Below are positions 13,396-25,264 of a stretch of 64,000 nucleotides of DNA, one piece after another. The stretch covers positions 83,754 through 147,753 of the forward strand of contig CBDFFH010000039.1 of the NCBI GenBank assembly GCA_965246715.1, written 5' to 3'. A program made the translations under genes and the position numbers. The DNA is from Chamaesiphon sp. (GTDB taxonomy: Bacteria > Cyanobacteriota > Cyanobacteriia > Cyanobacteriales > Chamaesiphonaceae). The notes beneath the pieces are model-generated. The model ran no database searches. It was not told the DNA's origin and saw only the letters and a program-made list of their open reading frames with translations. Position 1 is the stretch's first letter; every line of letters starts with the position of its first letter.

Positions 13396-13764
13396 TTACT
13401 TGAGGAGTACTCTGGCGATCGCAAAGCCGATGCAACCACAGCCAATCGCAAAGATAACCGCAATCGAGCAGCGCGCTAACCAGGCAGTGCGACGACGACT
13501 GTGGTTGAGATTACTAGGCGCACCGCCCCTCAACCGCTGATTGTGCTCGGCTGCACGATTGGCAGCGGGCGTGCGACCTGGTGCTCGCGCCTCGATCTCG
13601 GCTAATCGGGCAATCAGCCGTACGTTATGATGCCGGATGCGTTCGATCTGACGGTGGTTATGTAAAATTTCGGCTTTGAGTTGGACGATATCTGACTCGG
13701 TACCAATCTTGTGGTTCGCAAGCTCTCGGGATGAGTTGGCTCGCTGTGACGGTGACGATCGCAC
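13396..13764 (-). CDS. Hypothetical protein with a coiled coil and C-terminal membrane anchor
   Basis: ORF with a heptad-like segment and a hydrophobic tail, co-oriented with ispG. Confidence 0.5.
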   Translation of the reverse strand: MRSSPSQRANSSRELANHKIGTESDIVQLKAEILHNHRQIERIRHHNVRLIARLAEIEARAPGRTPAANRAAEHNQRLRGGAPSNLNHSRRRTAWLARCSIAVIFAIGCGCIGFAIARVLLK

Positions 13765-14016
13765 TAAACTTTATCCTTGCTCGGGGTGGTTCGACTACAC
13801 AATCTAAATTTATTTTAGTGTAGTCTGCTGAACAACCACCGCAAATGTCCAAGGTCGATCCGGATCTTCAAACTCAGCGGTGTAGATGCCACCAAGCGTC
13901 AGATAGCCTGTTAAGATAAGAGACGATCGTTGTAATGTGGTGTCTAGATTATCCAATCGAGATCCTGCCGATCGTGCTAAATTTTCATCCCCCGACCCCG
14001 TTAGTTCAGTAGTTGC

Positions 14017-17000
14017 TTGCAACCTGCCATTATGTCTAATCAACGTAGCTATTACCAGCCAAAATTTGTGCACGAAATGCAGTTGGGGTTGGTGGTTCAT
14101 GGCGGACTCTCGTTGGCAATCTATACCCATGGTGTTTGCCAAGAATTTTATAATGCAGTTCGCGGTAGAGGCATCTATAAATTGGTCAAGGCATTGACCG
14201 ATGCCGATTTAGTAGTGGATCTGATTTCCGGAAGTTCGGCAGGTGGTATCAATGGCATTTTATTAAGCTATGCAATTACAAATAGTAACGCGCGCGAATT
14301 GGTAGATTTTAGTGCCTTTGCTAGTATTTGGCGCAATAGTGGGGATCTGCTCGAGTCGATCCGCAAGCCTAGTTTATTTAAATTACAGACAGCAGAATCG
14401 ATTGGAACTAACGAGAATTTTTATCAGCGGGGTGCAGTGGCAGTCTTGGCAAGAGGATGGGAGCATAAAATGCCCCGCCCGCCCCAGGAGTGGTATTCAG
14501 CTAGCAAAGAATTGGATCTGGCAATTGCTGGGACTAATTATCTGGGCAGAATCGATCGGACGTTAGATGAAACTGGCATCAATTTAGGGAGCAAGAATCA
14601 TCGCACGTTATTTCATCTCAAGCACCGCCAAGGTCGAAAAGAACCATTCAATCCCAATTATAAAGATCCCGAGTTACCGCGATCGCCAGAGGATACTCAT
14701 CAAGCTTTAGCAAAATTATGTCAGATTACGGCTGGCACACCGATGATTTTTCCATTGGTAGAAGTCGATGTCCGAGATCGTCAAAACTCGATCGATCGCC
14801 AGTTAACGATCTGGGGTAAATTGGAGCAACATTATTCACCGGATCCGGCACTAGAGCGGGGCAATAACAAATTATATTTTCTCGATGGTGGGCTATTAGA
14901 TAACGCTCCATTTACTTGTGCGATCGATGCCACTCATTATCGGTTGCCGCATAAACCCGGCCAGCGCAAGCTATTTTATGTCGATCCCAATCCCGAACAT
15001 TTAAACGAGCGCGTGCAGTTGAGCGGTAGTAAACAAGCCCGAACGAGCAGAATTTTACAAGCTACAGTATTATCGGTACCGATCTATCAGAGTATTACTA
15101 ACGATCTGCGTACGATTCACGAACACAATCAAAAAGTTCGCCGCTATCAAACACTGATCGATCGAGCCGAAGCGGCCATCGACTCGCAGCAATTACTCGA
15201 AAGTGCCGATATCACTCAGTCTCAAATTTATTTGCGCGGTAGATTGTTTGATTTTCGCGATCGCAATTTACCATTATTACTACATTCAGATCTCAGCTCT
15301 CAAAACACTAATTACTCGACGATTCTAGAAAAGATTGAAGTTGTTTTAACTAATAAATTAGGGAATAAGCAAGATCGCAATCATTATCATAAATTACTCG
15401 CTCGATTTGAAGCACAAGTTGTCGATTTAGACGTAGAGTATAGCATTCGCAAGCATTTTTATCTAATCGATCGGATTGCTGAGTTACCAAAAAGAGCGAT
15501 CGATAGTGAAACCTATCGACAACTCCAACACTTATCGATGCAACTAAGTTGCAATATCAAGTTGCTGGAGGTAGTTCGGGCTGGGATCCAGTTATTATTA
15601 AAAGATCGGTCTGTTAGTAATTACTTTTACTATTTGATCAATCAAGAACCAAACGATCGCCGACTCCGGGCACTAGTCTATGAATTGATTTTTCGACTGC
15701 ACCGATTTTTACTAGATGAGCGGAGATTTAAGGAATTTATCCCCAATAAATCAGATGTAACAACACTCGAACCTATTACCGAGGAATTTTGGCAAAACCT
15801 GCCAGAATTTGCCGTCGCCAATAGTCAGACGCGGTGGTTATCGCAAACTCAAATTTCTAATATCTTCGCTCAAATCAAGCACCGAATTACCGATCTCCAT
15901 CAAAGTAACGACCTCCATCGATCGATCTGGATGGATCGGCATTTGGAGTATGATAACGACGGCAATCGCAGTTTTCCCAGTATCTTAAAACAGATTTCTG
16001 CAGTAGCGGAAGCGGCGATCGGTCGCTCGACAAATCAGTATACAGATGAATTACTCCGACAGTGGCACGCTTTTGATGCGATCGATCGCGAGCTATATCC
16101 ATTTGAATATCTGACTAGTTTGAGTGACAAAAAAATTATCAACCCGATTTGTATCAGCCCAGAAAATGCGCAATTAGGGATCGGACACGGTAAGAATACT
16201 CAAGAAAAACTCGGTGGAAATAAGCTGTACAATATCGGCGGGTTATTTAAAAAATCTTGGCGATCTAACGATCTCCTGTGGGGACGATTGGATGGATTGA
16301 ATCGGATTATTGAAAGCATCGTTACACCCCGATCTGTCATGGCTTTTGCTAATTTCATCAGCCGCGAAGCCGCTAAAACAGATTGCAGTCCGGCACAATA
16401 TCTAGATTGGTTGATTACCGAATCACTCCCGCATTTATCTGGTGTAGAACGTCAAAAAATCGCCCGACATCTCCAATATTTAGCACAACCAGAACTCCGA
16501 ATCGATCGAGCGGAACTTAAACAGATCTTAGCCGATATCGTGCTAGCCGGACAGCATGAGATTTTGACTAGCGACGTTCACTCGATTGTCGAGGGTCTAG
16601 ACGAACAACCTTCCTGGTGGCGACCTCCATTAAATAATCGACCTTCAACTCAAACTTCGCAGCCAACCAAAATTCTCCCTCAAGTCTCATCAGCACCGAC
16701 ATCAAATCCCCATACGATCGTGCGGATCGTTCATCAATCGCTTACCAATCTAGCAACTCAACAAAAGCATTTCTTTCGTAATCAATATCGAGTCGGCGTT
16801 GATAAATTATGGGAAAATATGCCCCTAGTTGCCTTGATCGGTTTGTGTACCAAGCTCGTGTTAACCCTACGGAACCTACTAGTTAAAGTATTTGTGACCG
16901 CTGCTGGCAATCCGACAACACGTCAACCACTTTATCATTGGCTCGATGGTCGGTTACAATCACTTTATTGGTGGCTGCAAGGGGGTACGATCTCGATCGG

Positions 17001-17211
17001 TACCATTCACCGCCGACCACGCATTATCTTGTTACAATTTTTAGGCGCGATCGCGACAATTAGTGGCTTTGTTTTAGCATTCTTATTATCACCGTTGTGG
17101 TTGTTATTCTCGCTTCCTGGCGCTGTAGGTTGCTGGTTTTTACAAACTGTCCGGCTCAAACGCATTACTGGTGCCAAGAATAGTCCATTTTTACCACAAT
17201 CGCGAGAATAA
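14017..17211 (+). CDS. Large patatin-like phospholipase (DUF3376 type) with C-terminal TM helices; the likely start is ATG at 14032
   Basis: GGLSLA oxyanion loop, GSSAG nucleophile elbow, LDGGLLDN, and WRSNDLLWGRLDG. Confidence 0.88.
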   Translation: MQPAIMSNQRSYYQPKFVHEMQLGLVVHGGLSLAIYTHGVCQEFYNAVRGRGIYKLVKALTDADLVVDLISGSSAGGINGILLSYAITNSNARELVDFSAFASIWRNSGDLLESIRKPSLFKLQTAESIGTNENFYQRGAVAVLARGWEHKMPRPPQEWYSASKELDLAIAGTNYLGRIDRTLDETGINLGSKNHRTLFHLKHRQGRKEPFNPNYKDPELPRSPEDTHQALAKLCQITAGTPMIFPLVEVDVRDRQNSIDRQLTIWGKLEQHYSPDPALERGNNKLYFLDGGLLDNAPFTCAIDATHYRLPHKPGQRKLFYVDPNPEHLNERVQLSGSKQARTSRILQATVLSVPIYQSITNDLRTIHEHNQKVRRYQTLIDRAEAAIDSQQLLESADITQSQIYLRGRLFDFRDRNLPLLLHSDLSSQNTNYSTILEKIEVVLTNKLGNKQDRNHYHKLLARFEAQVVDLDVEYSIRKHFYLIDRIAELPKRAIDSETYRQLQHLSMQLSCNIKLLEVVRAGIQLLLKDRSVSNYFYYLINQEPNDRRLRALVYELIFRLHRFLLDERRFKEFIPNKSDVTTLEPITEEFWQNLPEFAVANSQTRWLSQTQISNIFAQIKHRITDLHQSNDLHRSIWMDRHLEYDNDGNRSFPSILKQISAVAEAAIGRSTNQYTDELLRQWHAFDAIDRELYPFEYLTSLSDKKIINPICISPENAQLGIGHGKNTQEKLGGNKLYNIGGLFKKSWRSNDLLWGRLDGLNRIIESIVTPRSVMAFANFISREAAKTDCSPAQYLDWLITESLPHLSGVERQKIARHLQYLAQPELRIDRAELKQILADIVLAGQHEILTSDVHSIVEGLDEQPSWWRPPLNNRPSTQTSQPTKILPQVSSAPTSNPHTIVRIVHQSLTNLATQQKHFFRNQYRVGVDKLWENMPLVALIGLCTKLVLTLRNLLVKVFVTAAGNPTTRQPLYHWLDGRLQSLYWWLQGGTISIGTIHRRPRIILLQFLGAIATISGFVLAFLLSPLWLLFSLPGAVGCWFLQTVRLKRITGAKNSPFLPQSRE

Positions 17212-17260
17212 CTATGAATTATAATTTCTCAGTTGAACTCATCCAATAACCGATCGTCAA

Positions 17261-17800
17261 CTACTTCAAATCCAACAGCCCTTGTTCTTTCAATTTAGGA
17301 TTAAAGCGGATTTCGGTTTGAACGCCACGTTGTTTGAGTTGGGTGAGAATAGTTTCTTCGACTCGTCTGGCTACTTGTTTGAGTAGCTTGATTTGCGCGA
17401 GGCCATCGAGATCGGCAAAGCTAGCGCTTTCGGCTGCGGTCATGGCACAATTGGTAGCGATCGGATCTAACCAAATCGAGCTGTCTGTATCATTACCAAT
17501 CGGGATGCTGCCATTTTCCGCAATCCAAACCGACTGAACTTCAGTGAGAAATGTCCGATTCGGCCGCTCGATCGTGGTAGCTTTGAGCCAATAACAAGAT
17601 TCCGGTCGTCTTACCAAATGTTGCTTGAGACTCAGATAAATATCGCGGGAATAACCGACAAATTGCAAGATCTGTTGTGAATCGAAAATAGCATAAATAC
17701 CGACCCGATTTTGCAATTCACTAGGTAGTTCTCCGGCATCGTTAATATATGGTAAAAACTCCAAGCTGTGGAGACTTGGAAGATCGTTAGGCGAGGACAT
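17261..17800 (-). CDS. GIY-YIG-family protein (conserved cyanobacterial type)
   Basis: GIYAIFD...FVGYSRDI...KQHL. Confidence 0.8.
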   Translation of the reverse strand: MSSPNDLPSLHSLEFLPYINDAGELPSELQNRVGIYAIFDSQQILQFVGYSRDIYLSLKQHLVRRPESCYWLKATTIERPNRTFLTEVQSVWIAENGSIPIGNDTDSSIWLDPIATNCAMTAAESASFADLDGLAQIKLLKQVARRVEETILTQLKQRGVQTEIRFNPKLKEQGLLDLK

Positions 17801-17812
17801 ATTTAGTAATTA

Positions 17813-18148
17813 TTAGTTAGAAATCTTCTCGATTTTTTGATAAATCGCACACAAACGACTGGGTTGAAAAATCTTCGCCGCGAACATAAAATTAGGCGGT
17901 ACGTTGATAATTAAATAATCTGGAGATTGATAATATTGTTCTAGTTCCGCAGGCATCCCTTTGGGCGTGCCCGGACTGTAAGGGACTGGCTGAAATAATA
18001 GTTCGGTAAATAGGATAGTTTGACACTGAGCTTGTTCGGCAACTTGTTGGATAAATTTTTCTCCAGTAAGTAATCCAAATAAAATCGTTTGTACTTGTGA
18101 TTCGAGGGTAAAACTACCATCAAAGTTTTCAACTACTTTTATCTTCAT
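17813..18148 (-). CDS. Hypothetical protein
   Basis: 111-aa ORF tightly linked to the GIY-YIG gene. Confidence 0.7.
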   Translation of the reverse strand: MKIKVVENFDGSFTLESQVQTILFGLLTGEKFIQQVAEQAQCQTILFTELLFQPVPYSPGTPKGMPAELEQYYQSPDYLIINVPPNFMFAAKIFQPSRLCAIYQKIEKISN

Positions 18149-18368
18149 AAACGAGTAGGTAGTTATCTATGTAATCTAAATTTTAATGACTAGCGATCGA
18201 TTGTTAGTCACTGGGGGTAGCTGTTCTATTTGCAAATATTCGCACTGGCAGCTAGATCCGATCGACAGACAGCAGCTCGTCGGTTCGCTCGAACCGCTGT
18301 GTAAATTAAATTGCTCTGTTGTAAAACTTAGAAGGTGGGCATTACCCACCCTCACTCGCCACTATTTA

Positions 18369-19794
<1,426 letters not shown>

Positions 19795-19843
19795 CTATTC
19801 ACAAGCCACTATCTAATAGTCCCTAATCCCTATTCCCTACTTC

Positions 19844-20752
19844 ATGGATTACTACATCGCGCCTGCTTTTCTCGATAAATTAGCCGTACATATCACCAAG
19901 AACTTCCTCGATCTGCCTGGGGTAAAAGTGCCGCTGATTTTGGGCGTACACGGGCGTAAAGGCGAGGGAAAAACTTTTCAGTGCGAATTAGTCTTCGATC
20001 GGATGCAGGTGGAAGCAATCCACATTTCGGCGGGAGAATTGGAGAGTCCCGATGCGGGTGATTCGGCGCGATTGATTCGGCTGCGGTATCGCGAAGCGGC
20101 GGAGATCGTCAAGGTACGCGGGCGAATGGCGGTACTGGTAATTAATGATATCGATGCTGGTGCGGGGAGATTCGACCAAGGTACCCAGTATACAGTCAAT
20201 ACCCAATTGGTCAACGCTACGCTGATGAATATTGCCGATAATCCAACTAACGTCCAGTTGCCTGGTAGTTATGATTCGACACCGTTACCTCGGATTCCGA
20301 TTATTTTGACTGGGAACGATCTATCGACGCTTTACGCACCGTTGGTTCGCGATGGTCGGATGGAAAAGTTTTATTGGGTACCGACCCGCGAGGATAAAAT
20401 CGGGATTGTCAGTGGTGTATTTGCACCGGATAATATTTCCCACCGTGAAATTGTCGGCTTAGTCGATCGATTTCCCGAGCAAGCAGTCGATTTTTTTGCT
20501 GCGATGCGCGCGCGGATTTATGACGAGCAAATTAGGGAATTTATTCACAAAGTTGGTTTGGAGCGACTATCGATCGAAGTTGTCAATCCTGTTAGCGGTA
20601 TCAAGCCCACTTTTCCCAAGCCATATTTTACAATCGATCGCCTAGTTGAATTTGGTAATATTTTAGTACAGGAACAAAAATCTGTTTCTGAGAGTAGATT
20701 GGTCGAGGAATATAACCGAGTTAGATACGGTCATGCGCCTAAATCTTTGTAA
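19844..20752 (+). CDS. rca: Rubisco-activase-like AAA+ ATPase without a C-terminal RbcS-like domain
   Basis: KLAVHITKNFL, Walker A GRKGEGKT, TVNTQLVNATLMNIADNPTNVQLPG and LYAPLVRDGRMEKFYW. Confidence 0.88.
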   Translation: MDYYIAPAFLDKLAVHITKNFLDLPGVKVPLILGVHGRKGEGKTFQCELVFDRMQVEAIHISAGELESPDAGDSARLIRLRYREAAEIVKVRGRMAVLVINDIDAGAGRFDQGTQYTVNTQLVNATLMNIADNPTNVQLPGSYDSTPLPRIPIILTGNDLSTLYAPLVRDGRMEKFYWVPTREDKIGIVSGVFAPDNISHREIVGLVDRFPEQAVDFFAAMRARIYDEQIREFIHKVGLERLSIEVVNPVSGIKPTFPKPYFTIDRLVEFGNILVQEQKSVSESRLVEEYNRVRYGHAPKSL

Positions 20753-20831
20753 TTGAATTCAGTCTTTTAAGGCGAAGGACAGCCGGATCGGGGAACAATT
20801 AAAACCCCTACTGTTTGTTAGAAACTACCAT

Positions 20832-21791
20832 ATGCAAATTATTACTTACAGTCCGGCATATACGATCGTCCCCACCTATGAGTGTTTCAATCGGTGTAGC
20901 TACTGCAATTTTCGGGTCGAGCCTGGCGCAGACACATGGATGACAATCGATCGAGCCACTCAAATTCTCACCGCACTTCAGGGTAAAAATATCTCTGAAA
21001 TCTTGATTTTGAGTGGTGAAGTTCATTCCCAATCTTCCCGTCGCCAAGCTTGGATCGATCGGATTTACGATCTGTGTAATCTCGCCCTAGATCTGGGCTT
21101 TTTACCACATACTAATGCTGGCCGTCTGAGCTTCATTGAAATGAAGAAATTAGCAGAAGTTAATGTTTCAATGGGTTTGATGTTAGAAGCTCTCGCTCCA
21201 GAATTACTCCAAAGCGTTCATCGTCATGCACCGAGTAAATTACCTGCAATTAGACTCGAACAACTCAATTGGGCTGGCGAACTAAAAATTCCCTTTACGA
21301 CGGGTTTGCTCTTAGGCATCGGTGAAGCTGAAACCGATTGGGAAATTAGTTTGCAAGCGATCGCCGATATTCACGATCGCTGGGGAAACATTCAGGAAGT
21401 TATTCTACAACCATATAGTCCTGGCTCTCAGGAGAGTTTCGCTGAATTGGGTTTCGATATCCAGAAGTTACCTCAAGTAATTCAGTCAGCTAGACAGATA
21501 TTACCCGCAGATATTACGATTCAAATACCACCTAATTTAATCCCTAATCCAGAGTTACTGTTAGCTTGCCTGACAGCGGGGGTAAGAGATTTGGGTGGAG
21601 TCGTACCCAAGGATGAAGTAAATCCTGACTATCATCATTTGCAGTTATCCGAATTGACTGCATTATTAGCTAACGCTGGTTGGACATTACAGCCGAGATT
21701 ACCAGTATACCCACAGTATGAAAGTTTGTTGAGCGATCGATTGCGAGCTTGCGTGCGGAAAAAAGATCGATTCACGATCGAGATCTTGTGA
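20832..21791 (+). CDS. cofG: FO synthase subunit 1 (radical SAM)
   Basis: ITYSPAYTIVPTYECFNRCSYC, PFTTGLLLGIGE, IQIPPNL and RLPVYP. Confidence 0.92.
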   Translation: MQIITYSPAYTIVPTYECFNRCSYCNFRVEPGADTWMTIDRATQILTALQGKNISEILILSGEVHSQSSRRQAWIDRIYDLCNLALDLGFLPHTNAGRLSFIEMKKLAEVNVSMGLMLEALAPELLQSVHRHAPSKLPAIRLEQLNWAGELKIPFTTGLLLGIGEAETDWEISLQAIADIHDRWGNIQEVILQPYSPGSQESFAELGFDIQKLPQVIQSARQILPADITIQIPPNLIPNPELLLACLTAGVRDLGGVVPKDEVNPDYHHLQLSELTALLANAGWTLQPRLPVYPQYESLLSDRLRACVRKKDRFTIEIL

Positions 21792-21870
21792 ATAAATATA
21801 CACCCGATCGCTTTACTAATATTAACTTCGATCGTAGGGTAACCTAATTTTATCTTTTATTCAGCAGGCA

Positions 21871-22668
21871 CTAATTGTCAATATTGTAATTAATGTAAAA
21901 TTCCTTTGGGCTAGGAAAAGTTTCCAAAATATCATCCATGCTACTCAATTCAAATAACATTTTGATTTGCCGATCGATCGAACAAATAGATAATTGACTG
22001 TTGACTTCCCGCACCTTTTGAGAAGCCAATACCAAAGAGGCTAATCCAGAACTATCCATAAAAGTCAGATTTTGACAATCCAATAGCACATTACTAAAAC
22101 CAGCATTAGCCATTTCAATAATCTCTCGCCGCAATTGGCTACAGTTAGTTACATCCAAAACACCAATAGGTTGAATCACTTTGACAGGAGCAGCCAGACA
22201 AGTCACCGTTCCTGTCGCTAGTTGGAATTGTGCTGTCATAGGTTGCAAAGACGATTCCATCGCTCGTTCGAGTTCTTGGGCGTACTGAGTTATCATCATT
22301 GTCTGTTTTTCTAAGCGGATAGAGATCGCCTCACGCAGCTCTCCAGGTGTAAATGGTTTGGTGAGATAGTCATCTGCGCCTAAAGACATACCTTTGCGAA
22401 AATCGGCTTTAGTCGCATTAGCAGACAGAAAGATAAACGGAATTTTGAGCGTGTCGGGATCTTGACGTAGCGCAACTAGCACATTGTAGCCATCGAGTTC
22501 GGGCATCATGACATCGCAAATAATTAAGTCGGGATGATGCTCTTGCGCTAATTGCACGCCAATTTTGCCATTTTCGGCTGTTAAGACATCAAAGCCTTCT
22601 AATTCTAAAATTTCTTGAATGTTTTCGCGAATTTTGGTATCGTCTTCGATCGCTAAGATAGTAGTCAT
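21871..22668 (-). CDS. Response regulator: receiver domain fused to a STAS (anti-anti-sigma) domain
   Basis: N-terminal IEDD...CDVMMPELDG...KPF; C-terminal LLDCQNLTFMDSSGLASLV. Confidence 0.9.
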   Translation of the reverse strand: MTTILAIEDDTKIRENIQEILELEGFDVLTAENGKIGVQLAQEHHPDLIICDVMMPELDGYNVLVALRQDPDTLKIPFIFLSANATKADFRKGMSLGADDYLTKPFTPGELREAISIRLEKQTMMITQYAQELERAMESSLQPMTAQFQLATGTVTCLAAPVKVIQPIGVLDVTNCSQLRREIIEMANAGFSNVLLDCQNLTFMDSSGLASLVLASQKVREVNSQLSICSIDRQIKMLFELSSMDDILETFPSPKEFYINYNIDN

Positions 22669-22746
22669 CTTGAATTATGAGGTAGGTATAGGGGATGGGT
22701 GGTAGTGCTTGACGATCGATATTTACATCTATAGATTTTTAATAGT

Positions 22747-23115
22747 TTAAGATTCAATCTGCATTGCATCAATTGCTTTACAGATCTGTTTGGGTGTAAA
22801 TGGCTTGGTCAAATAATCATTCGCACCTAATTTCAAACCTTTTTCGCGATCTTCATCTGTAGATTTTGCAGATAAAAAGATAAAGGGAGTTTTGATGGTG
22901 GATGGATTTTGGCGGAGCGAAGAGATCACGCCATAGCCATCGAGTTCTGGCATCATTACATCACAAATTATCAAATTAGGTTGCTGCTCGATTGCAAGTT
23001 TTAAGCCAATTTTACCGTTTTCAGCAGTTAGGACATCAAAATCTTCCATTTCTAAAATTTCTTGGAGATTTTCGCGAACGTCATGTTCGTCTTCGATTAC
23101 TAAAATAGTTGTCAT
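22747..23115 (-). CDS. Single-domain response regulator
   Basis: 122-aa receiver with DE, D-phosphoacceptor and KPF motifs. Confidence 0.93.
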   Translation of the reverse strand: MTTILVIEDEHDVRENLQEILEMEDFDVLTAENGKIGLKLAIEQQPNLIICDVMMPELDGYGVISSLRQNPSTIKTPFIFLSAKSTDEDREKGLKLGANDYLTKPFTPKQICKAIDAMQIES

Positions 23116-23151
23116 AAAGTTAGGGAATAGGGGGAAATAGTGATTCTAGCT

Positions 23152-24399
23152 TTAATTTAGAGGTAAATTGACAATGAATGTCGTACCAACATCGAGTTCA
23201 CTAGTAAGATCGATCGTGCCACCATGTAGATCCACACATCGCTTGACAATGGACAAACCTAAGCCAGTGCCAGGAATATTATTGACGTTGTTACCGCGAT
23301 GGAAGGATTGAAATAAACGAACTCGATCTTCATCGGAAATTCCAATCCCGCGATCGGCAATTTTGAAGATAACTGTGTCACTGGCAAATATAATATCAAA
23401 CCGAACTTGGTTATCTCCTATTGTGTATTTAATGGCATTGGAGAGCAAGTTAGTCAGGATTTGACGGACTAATTTTATGTCCATAAACACTAAAAACTCT
23501 TCCCCGAGATTGCTAATGGCATTAGTATGATTAATAGTCAGGTTAAAGCGACCTTTTGCATTGCTACTAATTTCGAGTTCTTCGATGAGTTCGTGACAAA
23601 AAGCGATCGGATCGAATGACGATCGCTTACACTCTAGTTTGCCCGCATCTGTTTGATAAATTAATAGAATATCCTCTAATAACGTTGTCATATGCTTGAC
23701 AGCAGATTGAATCCGCTGCCAATGCTTGAGCTTTTTGGGTCGATCGAGTTTATGGTCGTAGTCTTCAAGCAATCCCGTCGATGAGGAGATGATTCCTAAA
23801 GGTGTCCGAAATTCATGAGAAGCCGTAGTAATAAAGCGAGTTTTTAACTCGCTTAGTTCCTTTTCCTGAATTAAGGCTTTACGAATTTCGATCTTCTGTT
23901 TGGCCAGCTTATCGGCCAATCTTTTGGCATCTTTGAGCGAAGTACTTTGGGCTTGAAGTAAAAACAAGAAATCAGCAACCGGATCGTGAAGGGCAAAGTC
24001 AGATAGTTTGAGCTTGAAATCAGCCATTGTATTAGTATCGGTGATCCACGGCGATCCCAGAAACAGAATAACCTCTTCATAATCAACGTATACTATTTGT
24101 CCCTTGAGTAGCATTCCATTTTTAAGTGATTCTAACAAGAATAGCGATCTGGGATAGGCACGAATAGCATCAAAATCAGTGACTACATTGGGGCGTTTAA
24201 TCTCAAAATGTTGTTGAAATTTTTTATAGCTTAAAATTTCAGGATATAAACGCTTGATTACAGGTCCGATATGAATAATTTCCAAGTTGCGGTTTAAAAC
24301 CAGGTAAAATGGAAAAATCGTCGCAAAGAAATCAGGGAGTGGTGAAAACTCTGGTGTCGATACATATTCAGCAATGGAGATATTTTCGGGAAAACTCAT
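23152..24399 (-). CDS. Histidine kinase with an N-terminal H-NOBA (sGC-like PAS) domain
   Basis: FPFYLVL, LKGQ, LFLGSP and LSDFALHD (H-NOBA); SHEFRTPL H-box; N, G1 and G2 boxes. Confidence 0.92.
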   Translation of the reverse strand: MSFPENISIAEYVSTPEFSPLPDFFATIFPFYLVLNRNLEIIHIGPVIKRLYPEILSYKKFQQHFEIKRPNVVTDFDAIRAYPRSLFLLESLKNGMLLKGQIVYVDYEEVILFLGSPWITDTNTMADFKLKLSDFALHDPVADFLFLLQAQSTSLKDAKRLADKLAKQKIEIRKALIQEKELSELKTRFITTASHEFRTPLGIISSSTGLLEDYDHKLDRPKKLKHWQRIQSAVKHMTTLLEDILLIYQTDAGKLECKRSSFDPIAFCHELIEELEISSNAKGRFNLTINHTNAISNLGEEFLVFMDIKLVRQILTNLLSNAIKYTIGDNQVRFDIIFASDTVIFKIADRGIGISDEDRVRLFQSFHRGNNVNNIPGTGLGLSIVKRCVDLHGGTIDLTSELDVGTTFIVNLPLN

Positions 24400-24454
24400 T
24401 GTGGTATAACCTGTCTGGAACCGCTAGTAAGACAATAGTGAGGTGAAGTTTAGA

Positions 24455-25042
24455 TTAGTTGTGATTGCTATGAAGCAAGTGTTTGAATGGACATTTTGGT
24501 TGATGACCGATCGATAATTCCTGATGGTCGTTACCTCGCTCTTTGCTGTTGGTAAGCTGAATATCAACATCAGTATCGAATTTTTCTCCCAAACCTTTGA
24601 GCATTCCTACCACCATTGGTGTCAAGCCAGGGCGCTCTGAATAGTAATGTAGTTTCAGTGACTCCTGTTCTAGATCGGAGCAGAGGAAACTAGGTGGTTG
24701 CAGTTCGGGGAAACTCAAGCCCACACGGGCATGAAGATTGTCCAGATTTTGCAGAAATTCAGGTAAATTATCACCTGCCATTTCCATCAGCGATCCAAAC
24801 CCTTCAGCGGCAGTAAAGAGCAACCAATATTTGCCAAATGCTTCTAAAATATCTGTTGCTGGCATTTCCATGACGGCACTAGCAGCATCGACGAGTCGAT
24901 ACGTGATGTCATCGGGATAGGAATCCATGCTAATAAAAGCTTCGATCTCCACTTCTGCCTCGGATTTTATTTCCTCCCAGGTTTCTTCACCATATTGGCT
25001 GCAAACCATATCTTCTAAGCCTTTATTTACTAATCCAAACAT
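24455..25042 (-). CDS. H-NOX heme NO-binding protein
   Basis: MFGLVN start, LQNLDNLHARV proximal His, PSF and YxSxR (YYSER). Confidence 0.95.
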   Translation of the reverse strand: MFGLVNKGLEDMVCSQYGEETWEEIKSEAEVEIEAFISMDSYPDDITYRLVDAASAVMEMPATDILEAFGKYWLLFTAAEGFGSLMEMAGDNLPEFLQNLDNLHARVGLSFPELQPPSFLCSDLEQESLKLHYYSERPGLTPMVVGMLKGLGEKFDTDVDIQLTNSKERGNDHQELSIGHQPKCPFKHLLHSNHN

Positions 25043-25264
25043 CAGTAATTGCTCCTTGTGGAAAGTGGATGGGTCGGAGTGTGGATGGGTCGGAGTGTGA
25101 GAGTGTTGATGTGCGAACGCTTTCGTCTACCCATTCACCAATCCACCAACTTACATTCCTATTTAGAGTACCCACATTCGGCAGCTAGATTAGTGCATTA
25201 TTTCTGTTTCTATCGATCGTAAATCGATCTCAACTCCTATCCACCCATCCACTCATCCACCCCT

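Noticed and set aside
13810..14142. 110-aa reverse ORF and the many other short ORFs overlapping long genes
   Set aside because: These are antisense or alternate-frame shadows with no recognisable motifs.
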